Shown: positions 12,901 to 26,500 of the stretch, one piece after another
Layout: every line of letters begins with the position of its first letter
Numbering within the stretch: the first letter of the stretch is position 1
NCBI GenBank assembly: GCA_951406725.2
Contig: OX597815.1
Coordinates: forward strand, 142,228,001 to 142,292,000
DNA length: 64,000 nucleotides
Direction of reading: 5' to 3'
From: Octopus vulgaris
Lineage: Eukaryota
Notes under the pieces: model-generated
Databases searched by the model: none
Told to the model about the DNA's origin: nothing
What the model saw: the letters and a program-made list of their open reading frames with translations, nothing else
Translations under genes and position numbers: made by a program

Positions 12901-15276
12901 GTGGTGCAATAGCAATGATTATAACCAAATAGCGTAGAAATCTCGAAAAGTGAGACAAACATTTTACAATCAGGAAAGCAATTAATTCACTACTCCATCG
13001 TTACGGGTACCCAATACGGGCAAAGGTTTTATAAGTAGACACACTAAACGGGATAGACGGAGGAAAATGCTTAAACCTATGTCTGAAAACCGAAAATAAA
13101 CATAATTAGCACTTATCAAACTTGAAATATGAAAACCAGATATAGTAATTTGGTTTACATTTATCTAGACCGCCAAAGGGGATCAAATTAAATCCCAAAA
13201 ACATAGTCATAGAAAATTAAAATTAAAAACATGGTCATAGAAAATTAAAATGCATGAAATCTAGATATATATTCATTTTGACGACTATATCATCGCACAA
13301 AAATACGTTAAAATTTATCCTTGTATAAGGGTATTGAAATGGAACGAAATAAGTTTTTAACAATGAGGGAAAGAACGTTATCAATATCAAATAGAATAAT
13401 ATATGATTTAGAAAAGCATTAAAGGAAGAGCATATATATTACAACTGCACACAGAAACCAACGTATGTAAATCAATTAAACTCAACGCCCAATATATGAA
13501 AAGACAGGCGCTTACATTTCAATTCCCAATTGAAAACTCGCGAAGTACACTTTCCGCACCATCAGCAACAAAATTGGCGCTGACACAACGCATATTCTAG
13601 ATAATCGTCTTTGAAAAGTGCATTATGTTTATTTTACTACAAAGATTGCAATGAACAATGCAGCAATGTAGTGAAATAATTCTACTGTGACAATGGAGAT
13701 AATAAAATAACACTTCAGCAAAGACATTACACGTAACTACTCTCCTATACACATAAAATGCACTGTAACATGTACTTGAAAGGCAAGGAAACGCATCCAA
13801 AACTGAAGTCAGATAATGTTGATTATTTTTATTGCTAAATTTATTTCTATTTATTAATTTTACTGTAACCAACAATGTTTTTGTTCGATTTTGTTTTAAA
13901 TTATTATTTTAGAAGTATGAATTTATATACTTATATTCTCTTCAAGAAGAGTAAAGATACTTATATTTTGTTTATTCAGCGCTACAAGATAGTACTCGAT
14001 ATTCTGTATATAATTACAGAGGCATAGATAACACACATTGCAAGCAATGAGTCCCAAGTCACTTCTTTTATATTACTGAACAAGGTCACCTGTAAATGTT
14101 CAAAGTGTATACGTTATACTCTGTTAAATATAAGGTGATAAATATTCATCAGGTTTCAAATTATAGCATTTTCCCCAACACTCCAGCCATTATATTTGAG
14201 CTGAGTTAGACAAGTCCTAAATTGTACAGAGTTATATATAATTATTTCATTAATTTAACATAAAGTCAGTATGCAATTACTTTGAAAAATGTACGGAAAT
14301 GGAAATTTTCCGTAAGAGAAGCGGCGGGAGCGCTATTCAAAACTTTGCTTATACATTTGATGTTATTTTTAGAAAGATAGATAAAATCATAAAATCCTTC
14401 CTTTTTTTTATTGCAAAAGTTGTGATGAAAGATATAGCTACATTCAAAGTAAATATCTAAAATGTGACAATAAAATTCTATTGATTTCAATAATCCACAC
14501 AATAACCTCGATAATATATTGGACATTTACAATATTACAACCAATATTTCGACTGCAAGACACTATATACGTTTCCTTTCACATCATTGCTACATTCGAT
14601 TTTCTCAGGAAACAAAATGCAATCAGATTAAAACATTTATATGAAAAATGAAATAAACATGCAATATGTGTTTTTATATTCTAATATCCCAGGTTTATGG
14701 TATGATTTCAAAGAATTCCGAGAATAATGAACACATTCAACAGGATGACATTCTACAGTGTTTCACAGAACTGACATATATTACCAATAAAAAAGTGTAA
14801 ATTAAAGAATATTTGTCTATGGAAAGTAATTTCCTGGAATTTAAAAAGTGAAGTAAATTTCAGCAGCATGTATGAAGTAGATAGGCTAAATGCTACTATA
14901 TGATAATAGATATGAATTATGAACATCAATAAGCAATGCATGCAGGTGTTGATTTATTGAATTAACTACGAAGACTAACATGCAACAAAAGTGTACTCAA
15001 TAAACAGGTAGACTATCATATTAAAATAATTAGCACCAAATGCAATATTATTAATCAAATAATCTCAATAATTATTGTTTTGAATCTTTGGCAGTATACA
15101 TATATATCCATACACACACATACGCGCACACGCGCACAGAGAAACACACAGATTCACACACAAACACACAAACATACAAAGAGACACATATGTATGTATA
15201 TATATATATCGGTTTGCTACATCCTTACATCCGAAACTCTCGGACTCTGTGTCACTCATTTGCTTCTGCTAAATAT

Positions 15277-15311
<35 letters not shown>

Positions 15312-15484
15312 TTGTGCTTGTGTGTGGGTGTTTGCATGTGAGGGTATACATATGTATATATATATATATATATATATTTATGTACGTATACATGTATATA
15401 CACACACAAACATATATATATATAATGTTCTGTAATTCTTTTATCCTTTTATTCTTTTAGACGTTTCAGGTTTGAGTCTGTGGC

Positions 15485-15563
15485 CATACATACATACATA
15501 CATACATACATACATACATACATACATACATACATACATACATACATACATACATACATACAT
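15485..15563. repeat. (CATA)n microsatellite
   Basis: Direct reading. Confidence 0.95.
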
Positions 15564-15699
15564 GCATATATAAATTATCAATAATGATAAAAGGGTAAGA
15601 TTATTTCATCAATTTATAATTAATAGTCTTATCAAGTATTTCGGTATGTTAAAACAACCATTATCGGTAAATTTCGACAAAAATTATTATTATTATAAA

Positions 15700-18130
15700 C
15701 ATAATTATACTTAGGGTTTAGCAAAATTGCTTCACCACTTACCACTCAGGTGGTATATCTGGTTTTGATTAAATTCGTCCAGATTCTGTTTAAAGGTAAT
15801 AGGATCCTTTTTCCCCTTTGATCAATTTTGGGTCATTGTTAAACTGGGCAAGGCCTGTTGAAGAAAAGAAATTGTGTTGCAGTGTACCTATATATTTTGA
15901 TCCTGAATTGGGCAGGAGACGTATGGCCCGTGGTCCCAGCCTTGGATGAACCTTGTAGCTAATGTCCTGGTCGTTTGGATAATGATGGCGGTATATTCTA
16001 CACGTCGTGCAAATAATGTAACGCCAAAGACGGGGCTGGAGGTAGTAGAGTTTCAAGTCTTTAAGGTGGTCCCAGTAATCGAGGTATGTCATGACCTTAA
16101 TTCGTTTAATGAATGCCCTCTGGGGTGATTTAATTTTCGAGATGTTTTGTTTTGTAAGGGGAGACAACAGGGGGCAGCAGTATTCGAGATGTGGCCGTAC
16201 AAAGGAGGAGAAAAGTGTTCACTGGACCGGAAGGTTCTTAATATCCAGCAGCTCATCCAACGAGCTATATTGACCTTATTGTTGATGTGGGCACTTTAAC
16301 GGAGATTGTTATCAACAATTATTCTTAGGTCTCTAATATTATTAGATACTGTGAGCGGTTCCCCTGAATGAAGAGAGTAGGGCTGTTTTAGTATAGTATT
16401 TTTTCCAAAGCCCAAAAGCTCAAATTTTCTCTCGTTTAGTTGCATTTTGTTTTTGTCTGTCCATTGACTCACTGAATACATATCAGACCGGAGTTGAGTT
16501 CGGTCTTCTTCATTGATGATTTGCTGGTGCTTAGTGTCATCAGCAAATATTTTCACTTTCGAATGTTTTACGACGTTGGAAAGGTTGTTTATGTAGATTA
16601 TAAAGAGGAGTGGGCCCAAGATAGTCCCCTGAGTGACACCCACTGGTGACTTTTGCTGTACTTGGGTGGACTCTATCGACTACAACATGTTATGTTCTAT
16701 TTACCAGGAAGTAATCTATCCAGTATAAAAGTTTTCACAGATTCCAACATTTGCCAATGGTCAACCCCTTTGAACGCTTTACTGAAATCAAAATATATGA
16801 CATCGTATTTCGAACCTGTTCCCAAGGCTTTCAGCATATACTCAATGTGGTGTAAGAGCTGTGTTAGACAGTCCCTGACACAGCGGAAGCCATGCTGATT
16901 TGCATTTAAGAGTTTGTGAATCTCCAGGAAGCCAGCTATTCTTGATCTGACCACTCTTTCAAACACTTTAGTGATGTGGCAGGTGAGTGAGTTTGGGCGA
17001 TAGTTGACTGCAAGGGATCTGTTTCCCTGTTTGAAAACCGGGCTGACAGACTGGGATAGGAGCTGTTTCGGTATATTAAATGGGTCTAAAGAATTTCTCC
17101 AGAGGGTGGTCAGAGGGACTGCTAGTTGATGTCTACATTCCTTCAGGAGACTAGCTGGGAATCTATCAGGGCCTACGGCAGAATAGTATTTGTCCTCGTT
17201 TATTGCTGCTATGATGTCTGAGGCAGTGAAGGTTATGTCAAAGATTTTATGTTGGGAATCAACTTCGTTCGCTTTTCTTACGCCAATATCAGTGGGATCA
17301 TTAAAGACAGAACAGTACTGTTTCTGCAGTATTTCCGTCATTTCTTTAGCATCGTGTTGGGGAATGCCGTTATCACTGATCAATAGCCCAATGGGTGAAA
17401 CATCGGTTCTATGCTTATCTGCGTAAGAATAGAACACTTTTGGGTTCTGTTTGATTTTTTTTTATTACCCACTGTTCCTCTGCAGCGCTTTCATTTTCAA
17501 TGGAGGTTTTCATGTCGGCCTGCAGACGAAGTTTTTCCAACTCTAGACTTTTCATTGTTGTTGAATGTGGATGTTGTAAAAGGGATTATTTTAATTGGTT
17601 GATTTTTTTATTGAGTCTTTTGATGCGCCTGGAGAGTGTTTTGTTTCTTTCTAGGGAACCGGTTTCTTTTCTGTTAGTGGATTTCCTAGCAGCGTGTTTT
17701 GAGCATGTATAGGTGACACTGTTCTCAAAGTGCTGCCATGCAGTCTCAATGTGAGTGGAACAGAGAGTGGCCGTTTATGTTATCAAATAAGTGCAGTGGA
17801 GTGGGATTGGCTGGTTTGGTTTTGATATGCCAGGAATTAAAATTGCAGAGTATCATTTCGTTGACTGAGAGGAGAATTTATTCCACTGAAATACAGTGAA
17901 CGGAGCTAGAGTGATTGGTTAATATTAGATCCAAGATTGTTTTATTCTGTCTTGGTTCGAGTAGCAGCTGAGTCAGGAAAAAATTATCAATTAGATTAAA
18001 GAGTAATACTGCTGCTGCATTTTCTGATGTAGAGCATTTGCCTAACCTCAGAATAATTGTGGGCCAGTTTATCTGAGAGAGGTTAAAATCACCCATCACT
18101 AGTGTTTCCGGAGTTGTATTTTTGGAGGAA
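15700..18130 (-). mobile_element. Disrupted CR1/L2-group-like LINE (APE C-terminus + RT)
   Basis: ORF pieces GDFN...LDLILTN (endonuclease), NYRP..LT, DFSKAF, GVTQGTILGPLLF, IFADD, HPRLGPRA; several frameshifts; same family as 61780-64000. Confidence 0.93.
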
Positions 18131-18293
18131 GGAGTTGACTTTAGACCTCAAAAGCTTTAATTCATTTTCTTTCTTTTATATGGTGTGGTGTTCTCGGAGA
18201 ATTTATGGTGGTAATAGTGTCTTTTGGCGTCTATTTTTCAGTGCGTAGTGAACTGCAAGTCAAACCCTTATTATAATTATGTTAGACAATCTT

Positions 18294-18295
<2 letters not shown>

Positions 18296-18338
<43 letters not shown>

Positions 18339-18395
18339 TATATACACATACGTATATATATATATATACATATGTATATATATATATATACATAC

Positions 18396-18490
<95 letters not shown>

Positions 18491-18515
18491 GTATGTATGT
18501 ATGTATGTATGTATA
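18296..18515. repeat. Long (TA)n compound microsatellite
   Basis: Direct reading. Confidence 0.95.
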
Positions 18516-18789
18516 ATTTTATGTAGATACGAGTTCCTTTCTGTGAAGTTTTTGTCTAGGGGGACTTTTATAACACACTCGGTGTTTCCACGCGCCTCTC
18601 AGACGCTGAATGCATGGTCTTTTTTTTTTTTAAATCTAGATGTTTTTTTTAAAGAAATCATGAGGACAAATTCAAGAAGATGATTAATGCAAAAAGCACG
18701 AGGGTGAGTAAAAACGAAAAAGAAAAGAAAGACAGAGTTTCGCCTTCTTCGACCGCTAATGACAATGTTCTTGTCCATTTGGCCAGGTG

Positions 18790-19100
18790 CGTATGTTAAA
18801 CTCTGTCGTCCATGAGGAAGAATCCACAGCCGCGCTTCATGATCACCTAAGTGAAAGGAAACATTACATCGGTTTATACGAAGTTGAATTCAAAAGTCCT
18901 TATGTAAAGCATATATTTTCTTTTCGGCACATCAACAAAAGTAAACCACGAATTTGGTTAGCTATGTATGTGGTTTGAAGACCACATATACTCAAGGGGA
19001 AAATCTTAGGGAAATACGTGCCATGTGCAAATAGATCTAAGAAATGCAACTTGTGCTTAGGTGGAATATTGCTCATTCTTATTACATTTGAGAATTCCAG
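18790..19100 (+). mobile_element. Penelope-like (Neptune-type) GIY-YIG endonuclease relic
   Basis: KHYIGLYEVEFKSPYVKHIFSFRH then, after frameshifts, KILGKYVPCANRSKKCNLCL; matches the recalled YIG.TE..FK.R...H..SF...WKIL....Y....K.CNLCL pattern. Confidence 0.72.
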
Positions 19101-19560
19101 TTCTGTACAACTCGCTTCTTCAACCAGACCAGTACAGAAAAGATATCCGAAAACACTGAAAGGGGACGCTCCAGCATGGGCCCAGCCTTTTGCTGAAGTC
19201 TACTGTCATAGAGTATGTAACTCTATTGTTTTGTTTCTCTACTTTTCTTTTTCCATTTTTATTCATACTCACTTTTTGAATCACCCTTCTGGTTTTCACT
19301 TCACGATTTCTCATGTATCGGCATCGTGAATTTCAGACAAAGCATATCAATTGCACATATGATGAGGGTTGCTTAGAGACACAAAGCGTGTTATAAAACC
19401 CTACGTAGACACGCGTCTTCACAGCAATAATGCAAGAAACCATTAATAGCTCGTATCTTTATACAATGCATACTAATATATATTTCTTACTCACTGGATA
19501 GAGTACGTATTTGTTGATCTTAATTTAACGAAACAGTAAACAATATGTGTGTGTTTAAAC

Positions 19561-19591
<31 letters not shown>

Positions 19592-19959
19592 GGGAGATGA
19601 GAGAAATGAGTTTAGTGCGTAGTTTTGTTTTCTTTTCGCTTACAGCTGTTTCATAATCTTGTTCTTTATGTAATAGATATTGTATCGACATTAACACACA
19701 TATAAAGTCTACATATAAAATATATGCGTGTGAATGCCCACGTATACAATGGCTATGAGAAGGGAAGTAACAGACAATTGGTCATTTCGATTCATTGTAT
19801 TTAAAAATATCAGCTCTACTACAGTTTGTTGCTGACGCTATATGTGTGTATATACGCTGACACAACGGACACACTTAAGAGAGTAATGGTCACAGGCCAA
19901 TACAATTTCAGAGAAAGATTCATTAGATAAATATACTAAAGTAAAATATTGAAGTTGGT

Positions 19960-20437
19960 AGGGGTTCCCTCGCTTGCTTGCACTATGCATCGAATAACCA
20001 GTTGGAAGAGGCGTCCTCCTGAGGTTAAATTTACAGTAACGTTGGTTGCTACGGAACAGCGATGTTTTGCTGGCAATGAACATTACTTCGTAGTATAGTT
20101 GCTGCTTTCATCCGTTAAAGTGAATTTATCTGTAGCTACTTTGCTTCTTGCAAGTTCGGTGACTGGGTTTCACTTGATTTTTGTATATTGCCAGCTGGAG
20201 TGAACTAATGCTATCTCTATATTCACCACCGAGGATGACCACTGCAGGTCGAATCGGCACGACCAGGTGGTCTCATGGCTGGAGGATGGTAGGGGCTCAC
20301 TCTCCTGCTTGCAATATTTATCGGGTGTAGATTACATCGCATAACCAGCTGGAGAAGCCGTCCTTGTGGGGTTAAAAATAGCAGTAAGATCGGTCTCTAC
20401 GGAACAGCCACGTTTAAATGGCAATAAACATTACTTC
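19960..20437. repeat. Diverged ~130-150-bp direct repeats (19960-20088 and 20291-20437)
   Basis: Shared gggg.tc.ctc.c.tgcttgca.tat...ataaccag.tgga...cgtcct...ggttaaa...cagtaa...ctacggaacagc...tggcaat.aacattacttc. Confidence 0.8.
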
Positions 20438-20611
20438 TCACTAATCCTTTATACAGATTATCTAACTAAAAAAAAAAACGTATCTAAAAAAATCAAAGTA
20501 TTCAGAAAAATATAAATATAAATAATGAGATAGGTTTATCTAGAAATTTGCTTCGAAGGAAAATATAGTTAGAATGATATAATGGTTGATCTTTAATTCA
20601 GAGGAATATTA

Positions 20612-20614
20612 GAA

Positions 20615-20665
<51 letters not shown>

Positions 20666-20668
20666 ATA
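20612..20668. repeat. (AATA)n microsatellite
   Basis: Direct reading. Confidence 0.95.
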
Positions 20669-22184
20669 CTGAAATGACAAATGATCAGGGAGAAGAGAAA
20701 GATAAAGAGAAAACAAAACAAGATATGAAAGAATATTCAGAACCCGGAGTTTGAGTTGTAGGAATTTCACGCACTGCTACCTTTGAGAGATGCCAGTGAA
20801 TTTTCATGAACATCGGCATAGTATCAGATGCACACATATTTCCGTTACGTGAATAGTCACGACCTCATTAGCACGCACGTTCATACATTCGTGAGTATTA
20901 GCTATGTTCATGTGCTCGAACAAACACATACATATACACGCGTGAATACACGTTTCACATAAATGCATACACATATCTTACATATACGAATACACACGCA
21001 TACAATATAACACAGAACAGTAATTTCAAAGTAATGACATAATAGTAGAAAGTTAATATTAACTAAAACAGATTATAACCATATTCTTTTGCCACAATGA
21101 CTAGAACTTACTACAAGCAAAATGTATTCAGCGAGACAATATTCGCGCATTTATACTGATTCACACGGAGTTAGGCTTAGTGCATTAGCGATTATACGAG
21201 TTAAGATATCTTCACTATTACATACGTCGTGAATGGAGACAGTGAACTTTAGTTCAGTGTCTCATCAATAAGCAAAGCAAATAGTAAATGAATAAAGAAG
21301 GTATGATGGAAACGAAGTACAGGAAATAAAATCCAGGGGCAATCTAAAGGGTCAAATATAGAAAAAGTTATTTGAATTGTTCAAGCTTGAGACTATATGC
21401 TAGTGGGAAAATAACAATAGAGGATGATTAATGGTATCAAATGGACATTGTATCACACATTTAACTGAAATATTTATAGTTAACATGTTGATATATTAAA
21501 TATATGCAGGAAATCCCAATGCATACCTATCGTTATTACCCAAGGGTAATACTAATCTGCTGAGCGGATTTGTGCAGTCGCACTGAGATTAGACGAACTA
21601 ATTAAGTTAGCGTAAGTTAGAAAGAAGTAGAAGCCCAGATAATATCAAGATGGAAGTTATAGGATCAATCGAGGGATATACCTGTAAGGATTTTGGCTAT
21701 AGTAATGTTAAGGAAGTGATTTAGCTGAAGCTACTACCTTATTTGTAGTAATGTGTAGGGTTCACATGCGGTCAAATGCGACCAATTCCATCTCATCTGT
21801 TGCTATATTTGATTTGCGCTTAATTATTTCATAGAATTCATATATTCTAGCAGCCTTGTCACATTTGTACGGTTGTGCCTTGCATTTAATGAATCATGCT
21901 TTTGTGTACTGGATTCCTTTATCATAAGCATCTAGAGAAAACTAGCAGATATATGCTTGTTAATTGCAAATAAGTTTCCAGCCACTTTCCCCACACATGC
22001 ACTTGTTGATATTTTGTAGTATATTGCGCATAAAAGACAGAATTATAATCATTTTGAATCTTGAACGGCTACAAATTCTATCAAACAGGCCCCATCGTTT
22101 CCAACATACACGCGCACACACACACAGAAAGACACTTCTGTATAAAGGCACGCAGCTTATTTTTCAGAGTGTTGCAGTCACAGT

Positions 22185-22453
22185 CGCAACTCGTGGTTTC
22201 GATTCTCAAGCTGGCGGTGCATTGTGTTCTTTATCAAATACTTCATTTAAAACACGCTGTGGTTGACTCCACCGGGATTGACTTTGCCTTTCATTCTTTC
22301 GAGGTTGATAAGTAGCAGGTGGGTAGTTGACTCAATGTCATCGACTTATCCCTTCCCCCGAAAATGCTGACCTTGCACCATAATTTGAAACCAATATTTT
22401 ATTTGGGTAAGTGCCTTCTACTATAGCCTCGGACAGACCAAAGCCTTGTGAGT

Positions 22454-22458
<5 letters not shown>
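22185..22458 (+). mobile_element. SINE fragments followed by (TA)n
   Basis: ggtttcgattc B-box-like motif; gactttgcctttcattctttcgaggttgataa; gggtaagtgccttctactatagcctcgga...gccttgtgagtgga matches other SINE copies. Confidence 0.65.
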
Positions 22459-22483
<25 letters not shown>

Positions 22484-22486
<3 letters not shown>

Positions 22487-23594
22487 AAAGTTTGTTTGGT
22501 AAAGCACGTGGGTGAATATATAAGAAAATAGTAAAGAGTGAAAAAACGACAGAAGGCTTAAATGTTAAAAAATATATATATTTGCGTCAAAATGTCTGGA
22601 GAATATTGGAAAAAATTTTTTCCCTCCTTAAAATGACATAATTTTATAATTTTTAAAGAAATACCGGTTTCGCAGTTAGCTCTTCAAATTTCTTGTGACT
22701 TAATGTTTATTTTTAATAACGTAATCCTTGTATTTTTGCTACGGAGAGTTCTAAATAAGGGAAAGTAGTGAGTGATTTCTTCCGGTGTAAGGGAGATAAT
22801 CGCTTAAAAAAATTTTTTTCCTTTAGTGTGAATTTCTCTGTATTATTGAGTTCGGATAGTTGAGTCTGGGTTTGTACTTTCCAATGAAGAATGTTTCCTT
22901 ATTTAGTCTAATTTGTGATGATGATCCGAAAGCACATTGGTAAAATGGAAATATTAAAAATTGTGGTTGTAGTTGCTTTGCGCATTTCTCAATGTGTTCA
23001 CTAAAAGGTATCATTCTATATTCTGGGAATGCAATCTGTTGTCGATGCAGTGTGCATCTACGTCTGAGTGATAGTCCCGTGGACCCCACGTAGTCTTGGT
23101 GGCAGCCCGAGCATTTAATGACATAAATTATGTTTTCAGAGGCACAAGTAAAGTTGGATTTGATCTTGAATTTCTGTCCCTCTTTAAAGAAGAATTCTGA
23201 TCCTTCCAATAGTTTAGGACATGTTGCACAGTTCGATCTACCACATTGTTTTACTTTTGCATCCGTAATTTTAGAAGACAATTTTGCCTTTGTGAGAATC
23301 TTTTTAAGTGATTTAGGCTGTTTGTAGCTTTTAATGATTTGGTGTATGTTTAGAATTTCCTTTAATTTGGGATTTTTATGAAGTATTGGTAAATTCTGGG
23401 TGATGATGGTGAAAGCTTCTTTGTTTCTGGGGTTGTATGTAGATATGTAAGGTAGTATTTTCGGGGAAGGTGTGTTGTTGTGTTGAACTTTTCTTAAAGT
23501 TTCTATGTTGATTTCTGTTGCACGTCTGATCCCATCCTCTATGAGTTGAGTTGGGTAATGTCCTAACCTATTGGAAGGATCAGAATTCTTCTTT
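22484..23594 (-). mobile_element. 5'-truncated Penelope-like element (RT thumb, CxxxxCxxC linker, GIY-YIG endonuclease, 3' pLTR)
   Basis: ORF 22823-23599 contains CGRSNCATC, FTCASENIIYVIKCSGCHQDYVGSTG..LRRR..LHRQQI and ETFFIGKYKPRLN; 3' end abuts (TA)n. Confidence 0.92.
22656..22694 (-). ncRNA. Minimal type I HHR motif in PLE pLTR (U3 variant or degenerate)
   Basis: AAGAAA-U-UUGAAGA-GC-uaacu-GC-GAAA-CCGG-UA-UUUCUU, ~130 nt after the PLE stop codon and on the same strand. Confidence 0.72.
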
Positions 23595-26500
23595 GACAAT
23601 TCTGAAAAGGGAGGATTAACTGGTGTTTAACTAGTGTAATTATGGTTCATTAATATATCGTAAATATTCCCTCTATACATCGTTATTCACTGCCAACATC
23701 ATCTTCATTTAACTCTTGATTTGCTGCTAGTGAAACATGGCCTGTCTTGCTGCTGTTGGTTAGGAACGAATTAATCTTCTCTTGAGGCATTGCTTTAAGC
23801 ATTCCATTAAAGTGTTTATATACCATAGTGTACTCCATCATGTTACATGTATGGATAGGGCACATGTATTATATGGAGAGTCGGTGAGATACTAACTGGT
23901 GCATTGTCTTACATCGAAATAGTTTAGTCCAGCTCAGAGTGATTCCAAGTATATTATATTCCATCTAAAGTGTCACACCATGCATCAGTTCTGTTATTTT
24001 TTTCTGTTATATATATCATTGTTTAGTACAAGTGTACTTTACAGTACACATTATTCTAATATATGATATTGCTTATATTTTCCAATGCTGAGTTCTTCGC
24101 CAGTTTTGTAGGCGTTGCGGTCCTACTGTAGTGAATCCAGATTTGAAACAAATATTGAGTATGGTCAGCGTTAAACTTGCTATTGAAATATTCAGGTGAT
24201 CTTCACAGTAATGTTTCAGACGGAAGTTTCTCGGCTCGAACTAATTGGTCAACAACGTGTATAGGTCTAATCACACCCACTGCCCATATGCATGTACGCA
24301 TGAATATATATTTATATCTAAGCATGTATATGTGGGAGTGTAGATTTTATGACATAGAATATGTAACAATATAATCTAGATTATGTATGCTTTGATAGAG
24401 ATTAAATGCATCATACATTGAAGCATATTGTGACATGCATCAGATGATTTCCGTCTGCTTCAATTTGTTGTTGGGCAAGATTATTATGTATATTTAATGT
24501 TCGTGAATTGCATAGAAAAGAAAAACAACGGGGACATAAATCAATATGGTAACTAATTATAACCTATATAAAAGATCTAACAAAATAGACGAAACAATTA
24601 CGAGATGTCAAGAATAAAAAAAATTGTTGTCGCAATTACGCCATGGTAATACCCGTTAATTGAAAGACATTTTAGTTACAGTCTTGTACTGTATTCATTT
24701 AGATACTGTAGGAGTGCAACCACAAAGAAATACGTATTGTATATTCTGAGATAATTACATGTGTCTTTCTTTGTATCCATACCATGCAAATAGAATAATA
24801 TCGACTAATAACTTCGTTTTACACACCTGTACGCGAGGCGATTGTGGCTGTATCATTATCGTTACTTTCGAAATGTTTTTTCTTATGCCGCATATATTCC
24901 TCTCCTATTGACTAATTGTTCTTGAAATATAGCTGCTACTGCTATACATACAATAATAGAGATATAATACACAGTAATGGAGACTACTTCAACGTAACAA
25001 AATGTTAAATTTTTGCAGCAAAACTTATATTCAACAAATTGCCATTACATGAAATAGATATTGTCATTTATACCATACTTATTGTACATTGCAAAAGACC
25101 ACCGATGTTTTATGGGTTCTACTGACAAGATCTGTAAGTGCACAAGGCTGTTTGTAATCTGTAAAAAATATTCAGGTGGTGATCGCTAATGTTTGGCGTT
25201 ATATACTGCAGGTTCTGTGCAGAAGAGAAAATACTAGTACATTCTTTACTTTCTCGCAATTTCACAGAGACTGATCAACGAAACGACTACTATTAACTGT
25301 TCCTTCTAAAACCTCTTCTCGACAGACTGAATCTGATTCAAATGTTAGCTTGTTTTAGATATGTCAGGTCAGAAGTCTGGTTTGCTAATTGATCCTGGAA
25401 CTTTCAGCTTGGGACTCAAGCTTGATAAGTATCATGTTTTCAAACAAGTTATATGGCAGACATGGCTGAGCGATCAAGAGAGAAGTCTTTCCATACGCTT
25501 GATAACTGTTCAGTTTAAAATTAGAGATAATGCTGTTTTTTAACTCACTGCAACTCCAAGAAAATGCGCAAGCTTTTCCTTTTCCATAAAATTGTTCAGA
25601 ATCCAAACCTGTTCTACTTATCAACCATGAATTTTCTTCGCAACGTTAATGTGAATATAATGGTTGTAATATTGATAGCAATACAAATGCGATGTTATGG
25701 CATCATTATCAGCGCTTAAATGATTAGTTTCTTGCATATGATCATTTGTATTGCCTAGATTTGAAGGTTCTTTTAACTGATGGCATCGGGAATCGGAATT
25801 TACTTACTGTTTTAACACCATGTTTTTGCTACTGTCGACTGCCTGTTACCAAAATATAACGAAATGATAGCTCTGCAAACCAGCCTTCTGTTGCAAACAA
25901 AATTTAAACAGTTTATCACAAAAATGCACTTGAAATATAGATAATAATATATTTTTCTTTCATGGTAGAAGTACCCTTCGCAGGTTGTACCAAGCAATAA
26001 TTTTTGGGCATCGGTCACGTTTGGAAAAATCATTCTCTTGATGTGCAGCAATGAAAGAAAGTTCTTTGGCATATAGTTAGTTGTCTGCAATTAACCAAAA
26101 ACAGGTAATCATCTCAGGTATTGTCGACAATATAGTGTAATTCTGAATAGTGACTATCCAGTCGAGGTGAGAAGCATTCCAAACGATTAAAGTCACTTCA
26201 TCAAGAATTGTACATCACTGACTTAACAGATAATGCAAGATATGTCCTTTCTCAGATAGATAAGAATTTTCTCTTATTGCCCACGGATTCACGGATTCCC
26301 TTTTTCTACACTCATAATCAATTAGCTCAGAGCCCACCACGACCAAAATACTCACCCATGTAATGACAAGATCTTTTTGAACAAATGTTGCTCTGGTCAG
26401 CTGACTCTATAAGTTAATCGATTCCGCTTTCGAATGCGGCGAACAAAATTAGATTATTTCTTACTCATATCGCTCACTGTTATATATAAACTGCAGGGGA

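Noticed and set aside
12000-13400. A-rich stretch suggestive of an ancient LINE
   Set aside because: No diagnostic motif could be read
25330-26450. Possible hAT transposase relic (ERLLS-like motif on the minus strand)
   Set aside because: Single weak motif and no TIRs
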